This document shows, in pieces, positions 59,405-64,000 of a stretch of DNA of 64,000 bases. The DNA comes from Candidatus Omnitrophota bacterium (lineage in GTDB: Bacteria; Omnitrophota; Gorgyraeia; Zapsychrales; JANLHA01). Positions within the stretch are counted from its first letter, which is position 1. Each line of letters starts with the position of its first letter. The translations under genes were made by a program, and so were the position numbers. The stretch lies in contig JAGLHE010000055.1 of NCBI GenBank assembly GCA_023143685.1, forward strand, positions 14,984 through 78,983. The letters run 5' to 3'. The notes below the pieces were generated by a model that was given only the letters and a program-made list of their open reading frames with translations, was not told the origin of the DNA and did not search any database.

Positions 59405-59880
59405 TTAGCTTTCTAATACTGCATCAATCTTATCTACCATCCTTTTAGTCATATCCATCACCCGTTTATAAATATCCTCCATATTCTGAGAAATCACACA
59501 ACTATTCGCACTCATAGAAGAAGCATCAAAAGCCAGACGATGAAAATACATTCCATTTTCAATTTCTTCATTGAGCACTTTTACTTTAAATTTAATATCA
59601 ATTATATCTTTTTGAAATTTTGAATTAAAAAGAGATAGTTTATCTAAAACAAACCCCTCTGAAAACAATTGACATTTCTTCAAACTAAGCCCAGCATCTT
59701 TCTTTGCCTTCATTTACTGAGCTACCGCTTGAAATTCTTCACCTGTTACATCTTTTAATTCAGAAAATATTAACAACTTAGCATCTCTTTTTTTATACCA
59801 TCTACCATTATGCCAAAATATTATTTGACCCAAAATCCCAGACAACCAACCACAAGATATATAACATTAATTTTATCCAT
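59405..59880 (-). pseudogene. Probable pseudogene (membrane-anchored hypothetical)
   Basis: RBS and ATG at 59880, apparent frameshift near 59838, in-frame TAA immediately before the 59713 ATG. Confidence 0.45.
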
Positions 59881-60242
59881 AAATTCCCTCACTGTGTACG
59901 GCGGCATTTTATCATATTAGTTTTAATATTACTAATATAAATAAAGGGCACCTGCCTTAGCACATAACTATAAGGCAGATGCTCTTTTTGAAATAAAAAT
60001 CCACAGCAGAGTTGAAATACATTATATATCAAACAGTTGCGAGATTTAACTCTTTGGTAACCCAGGGTACTTTTTCCTCTGGTGTCCATATAATGTCCAT
60101 TTTCGGGATGACACTGTTTTCTTCAAACATCAAGAACCTTTCTTTTTAAATTGGCTAAAATTAAACACGAAAGAAAACGCTTTCTTGCCCAGTGAAAAAA
60201 CTCTTGATTTCCAGAACATTTCTTTCTATACTTGAAGTAAGC

Positions 60243-60362
60243 ATTAATTGGCAAACCCTGCGTAAGCAGGGGACGCTTAAGCCACGGATCCGATTCGTAT
60301 TACACGCTTTACCCCTACCTTCACAGAAATTCATCAGGGGCCGGATAGCCGGGTTATTAAAC
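60243..60362 (+). ncRNA. c-di-GMP-I (GEMM)-like riboswitch, variant pocket
   Basis: GGCAAA-CCCTGC-GTAA-GCAGGG-GACGC..AAGCCACGGATCC..GGATAGCCGGGTT upstream of a receiver gene. Confidence 0.8.
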
Positions 60363-60423
60363 AATCTTTAAAGAAAAGATTTTTTAATTCCCCGGATTTT
60401 TTATTGCCGAGGGAAAACCCGAC

Positions 60424-60834
60424 ATGCAAAAGAGGCCTTTTATGGAGAAGTCAAAAATCTCAGTTCTTATAATTGATGACGAAGAAGAACCTCGAGAGCT
60501 TCTCAAAAAATACATTGAGCGCCACGGCTACTCTGCTTTCACAGCAGATAATGGCTTAGCCGGGATTGAAATGCTCACCCGGCATGAAATAGGAATTGTC
60601 TTTTGCGATATTGTAATGCCAAAGATGGATGGCATTGAATTCTTGCGAGAAGTTCAAAAAAACAAATGGCAAGTTAAGGTCATCATGATCACAGGGAACC
60701 CTACGGTCGAAAACTGCCTGGACTCCTACAAAAACGACGCCTGTCACTATCTCTTAAAACCCACTCATCGTGAAGAAATCTTGCAGTGCCTAAAGAAAGC
60801 AGAAGTAAGTATTCAAGAAAACGACTGGGCCTAA
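60424..60834 (+). CDS. Single-domain response regulator
   Basis: IIDDEE, CDIVMPKMDG, KP. Confidence 0.9.
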   Translation: MQKRPFMEKSKISVLIIDDEEEPRELLKKYIERHGYSAFTADNGLAGIEMLTRHEIGIVFCDIVMPKMDGIEFLREVQKNKWQVKVIMITGNPTVENCLDSYKNDACHYLLKPTHREEILQCLKKAEVSIQENDWA

Positions 60835-60916
60835 ACACTCAAAAATATCTTGCGAAAATTTATTTAAAAACTTAAGGTTCTTTCTCTGCCTACTGGAACA
60901 AACTTTCATCTTCGCC

Positions 60917-61903
60917 CTACTTCAACTTTTCTGATATTTCATAAAGCACACCCTCAGCAATCTTGGGTTTAGGGATCATCATCTTCCGGGCAGAAACCGT
61001 TACCTTGGTTTTATTCTTTTCTTGTTCAATAATATTAATCGCGACATCACTTCCATTAACCTTTGCCTTAATAAGCCCTTTTGCCTCATTCACTGATTTA
61101 ATTTTCCCCAGCTCGGCGACAATCTGCTTGCTAACACTAAAAACTTCGCTTAATCCAACATCAAATTCAGCCGTTCCTCTGTCCTTGGCAATCAAAACAC
61201 CGACCACCCCTGCAGGTAAAAACCCAACCCCTAAAATAGCTGTTGCTGCATATATCTTTGCCCCTTTAAGAACAGCCGGGCCTGCTGTCTCAACCAGAAG
61301 AATCCTCGCAAGCTGTGCAGCGCTTTTGATATCCTTATATGTTTTATCTTTATCGATATTCATAACCGAAACAACCGGCTGATCCCCTTTACTGTAATCC
61401 TTTTGAACAAGCTTGCCTATTTTAAGAGTCATCACATCGATCTGCATAGCCGTCTCTTTTGATGTCTTCTTCTCTTTCTTCTCCTGTGAGACATCTTTCG
61501 GCTCTTCGACCTCTTCTTCCTTTTCAGCAATTTTAAGAGCATCCAGATTCAAGGCCCCTTCTGTGTTCCTGACAAGAACCATCTCTTTTAAATCAAAAAC
61601 AATTAACGGGAGGTGTATCTTCCCTTTCAACAACGCAAGGACGTTACATTTTATATTTATCTCCGGAATATCAATCAGAACCCCTTCAGGAAAACCCTCG
61701 GGTTGGTACATTTTAAAATCTTTGATATAAATCTTCTGAGTTAAAATTCCTAAATGAAATTTCCCGATTTTTACAGGCGTGCCTAAAACTTGCTTCGCGC
61801 CAACCGTAACCGCTGTTTTGATTAAAACATCTTTAATAACACCAAGCGCGAAAACACAAACAACAACAACCACTAAAACCTTCAGCCATTTTTTATTTTT
61901 CAT
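60917..61903 (-). CDS. AsmA-like protein with C-terminal DUF3568-like domain
   Basis: TM, LGTPVKIG, GALNLDAL; C-terminal alpha/beta domain. Confidence 0.55.
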   Translation of the reverse strand: MKNKKWLKVLVVVVVCVFALGVIKDVLIKTAVTVGAKQVLGTPVKIGKFHLGILTQKIYIKDFKMYQPEGFPEGVLIDIPEINIKCNVLALLKGKIHLPLIVFDLKEMVLVRNTEGALNLDALKIAEKEEEVEEPKDVSQEKKEKKTSKETAMQIDVMTLKIGKLVQKDYSKGDQPVVSVMNIDKDKTYKDIKSAAQLARILLVETAGPAVLKGAKIYAATAILGVGFLPAGVVGVLIAKDRGTAEFDVGLSEVFSVSKQIVAELGKIKSVNEAKGLIKAKVNGSDVAINIIEQEKNKTKVTVSARKMMIPKPKIAEGVLYEISEKLK

Positions 61904-62640
61904 AAAGACACTCCTTTCTTTTCAAGAAGATAGTCATACTTTATATTTTCTAAACTGTGAATGATATTCTTTTTCACAGCTGAATTTTCTTTCTCAAGCT
62001 GCGCCAAAAGATCTTTCATAGCTCGTCTTTTCGATGTTTCATCATTCGGACATTTAAAAGGGCTGATATCCAAAAAATCACCTTCATGGGCTAAAGCCTC
62101 TACATCTTCTTCCTTAATATATGCCAACGGCCGAATAATCGCAAGTTTTCCATCAAACAACTCTTGTTTGGGGCACATCGAGCCTATTTCTCCCCGATAA
62201 AACATATTCAATAAAATAGTCTCAACGATATCATCCATATGATGGCCCAAGGCAATCTTATTACATCCCATCTTATCTGCCAATTCAAAAAGTACCTTGC
62301 GTCGCTCACGCGAACATTGGTAACAATCAATTGTCTCCCAGGTTTTTCCCTTTAACAAATCCGCCTTTTCAATATGATAGGCAACTCCCCATTCTTTAAA
62401 ATATCCTATCATTTGTTCCATCGGAAAATCCGGCATCCCCGCGTCCACATGTACCGCAACAATCTCGAGGCCCACCGGTATAAAACTCTGCCGGTATTGC
62501 ATCACTTGCAACAAAGACAGGCTATCCTTTCCCCCTGAGACTGCGACCATTATCTTGTCGCCATCCTGCATCATATCGTAATCTGCAATCGCATTCCCGA
62601 CACGTTTGCTGATAAAATTCATTTGTTGAGTAACCGCCAT
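61900..62640 (-). CDS. ttcA: tRNA 2-thiocytidine biosynthesis TtcA family
   Basis: SGGKDS PP-loop, CYQCSRERR, LGHHMDD, IIRPL. Confidence 0.85.
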   Translation of the reverse strand: MAVTQQMNFISKRVGNAIADYDMMQDGDKIMVAVSGGKDSLSLLQVMQYRQSFIPVGLEIVAVHVDAGMPDFPMEQMIGYFKEWGVAYHIEKADLLKGKTWETIDCYQCSRERRKVLFELADKMGCNKIALGHHMDDIVETILLNMFYRGEIGSMCPKQELFDGKLAIIRPLAYIKEEDVEALAHEGDFLDISPFKCPNDETSKRRAMKDLLAQLEKENSAVKKNIIHSLENIKYDYLLEKKGVSL

Positions 62641-62652
62641 GATTTCTCCTAC

Positions 62653-62742
62653 AAGAAAGTTCGCCTTTTATCTTTGACCGGGTCACATCTTCTATGCGGC
62701 CGTGCCGGAATTTCGTTTGGGTTTTTTGAAATTCCTATACTA
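62653..62742. repeat. Family A element, diverged copy; supplies the TAG stop of the TPR gene
   Basis: GGAATTTC..GAAATTCCTATACTA end; same length as the other copies. Confidence 0.65.
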
Positions 62743-63717
62743 CAAGACAACCTTCCGTCTTTTCCCGTTAATAATCATAATTCGCGGACATGGATAAAAA
62801 TAAAACCCCTGATCCTTTTGTATCTCTGAGAAAACATCCGCTTGCTTTTCTTTGGGGAATTTATCTGCTTTGATTCTGCTCTGCCGCGCCAACGCCTTAA
62901 ATCCTGATTTCTCAGCCGACAAACTAAAATACAGATAAGATTCATAAGGGGTGAACCCTGCCTTAGCGCTCTTATTTAAATACGTCATCGCCTCTTGATA
63001 TTTTTTCATTTCATATGCTCTTTTTCCCACATAATAATAAAAAAACCTTTTATCTCCCGGAGATTTTTTTATACCGACCAATGCGGCATCCCGCGCACCA
63101 CTAAGATCTCCCATATGATGAATCCCTAAAACAATCAACTCGAAGGCTTTTTGATAGCCCGAACGTAATTCTTTTTTGTTTTGCTGCATATTGTCGGCAT
63201 CTAAATCTGGCCTCAAACCAAAAGGCCCCACAGCACCGGCAATAAGTGTTTTGTGCGTTGAAGATTCAACCGCCTCCCGAAAGGCTTCCACAGCTTCCGC
63301 CCATTCCTGACGCTGATAATGCATCAAACCAAGATTATAAAAAACCCCAAAAAACCCGGCATCAAAACTCGCGGCTTTTTTATAATACTGCAACGCCATA
63401 TCTTTTTTGCCAAGATGATAATAACAAAAAGCTAACGCATTATACGCTGTGGCTGAATCAGGATAAAGCTTTATAAGATTCCTATAATATCTAACGCCAT
63501 GCCTAAAATTCTTATCATTTACCTCTTCCTCGCCCAGGGCATATTCCACCAAATAAGGAGGGATGCGTTGTAAAAAATCTAATGTTTTTTTAATAACTCG
63601 CTGGTGGTCGACTCCATATAATAAAGTTAAAGCCACAATAATATAAATCGTGATACACCGATTGCGAATCGATTTCACTCCCTTCGCAAAATTCCCCACC
63701 ACATCCACATCCTTCAC
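62740..63717 (-). CDS. TPR-repeat protein
   Basis: AYNALAFCYY..A..YYKKA; YNLGLMHY..EAVEAFREA. Confidence 0.8.
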   Translation of the reverse strand: MKDVDVVGNFAKGVKSIRNRCITIYIIVALTLLYGVDHQRVIKKTLDFLQRIPPYLVEYALGEEEVNDKNFRHGVRYYRNLIKLYPDSATAYNALAFCYYHLGKKDMALQYYKKAASFDAGFFGVFYNLGLMHYQRQEWAEAVEAFREAVESSTHKTLIAGAVGPFGLRPDLDADNMQQNKKELRSGYQKAFELIVLGIHHMGDLSGARDAALVGIKKSPGDKRFFYYYVGKRAYEMKKYQEAMTYLNKSAKAGFTPYESYLYFSLSAEKSGFKALARQSRIKADKFPKEKQADVFSEIQKDQGFYFYPCPRIMIINGKRRKVVL

Positions 63718-64000
63718 TTTTCGCCCCTTTGTTTCCAGAAAGAATATAAGACATAAACCAGAAATACCAGAAAATATATCTCTAAAAAGATCTGAAAACT
63801 ATGCCACGCGTTTGACCGATACCGCATCAAAACAACATTCTCACCTGCCGGCAACCATAATCCTTTAAATGCGATATTTGCCCTATAAATTTTTGTCGGC
63901 TCATTGTTCACCCATGCCTGCCACCCGCTATGATAACTGTCATTGTATACAAGGAATTTTCGTGTTTTATAATATGTCTTATATCGAATAAAATTTAAAT
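63714..64000 (-). CDS. YfhO-family membrane protein, C-terminal part (5' end outside window)
   Basis: DSYHSGWQAWVN..IYRANIAFKGLWLPAG. Confidence 0.75.
   Translation of the reverse strand, partial: LNFIRYKTYYKTRKFLVYNDSYHSGWQAWVNNEPTKIYRANIAFKGLWLPAGENVVLMRYRSNAWHSFQIFLEIYFLVFLVYVLYSFWKQRGEK

Overview
AT-rich bacterial chromosome window with most genes on the minus strand. The gene content resembles Candidatus Omnitrophota/PVC (inference only). From left to right it contains: (1) a fatty-acid tailoring operon (degenerate FabZ, FabF, CrtI-like FAD oxidoreductase, PhcB-like SAM methyltransferase) running into a 7TM-GAF histidine kinase, response regulator and GAF-HD-GYP, a candidate lipid-signal (quorum-sensing-like) circuit; (2) housekeeping genes (greA, ybaB, yggT, mscS, lipA, def, panD, trxA); (3) a type IV pilus/MSHA-like operon preceded by a PAS kinase with a PilZ domain; (4) a PhnD-like binding protein with an apparently split hybrid kinase, next to IS remnants; (5) GH65/GT4, a LemA-TPM operon and a Gld-like ABC transporter; (6) an approximately 11.6 kb integrase-less defence island at tRNA-His, including single-gene cassettes (Fic, NYN) bounded by att-like direct repeats, TA pairs, and HEPN and DUF4238 genes; (7) a one-gene mini-island at tRNA-Arg; (8) a c-di-GMP-I (GEMM) riboswitch with a non-canonical ligand pocket. 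Several families of dispersed palindromic repeats lie at gene ends. All calls come from visual motif recognition; no database searches were run.
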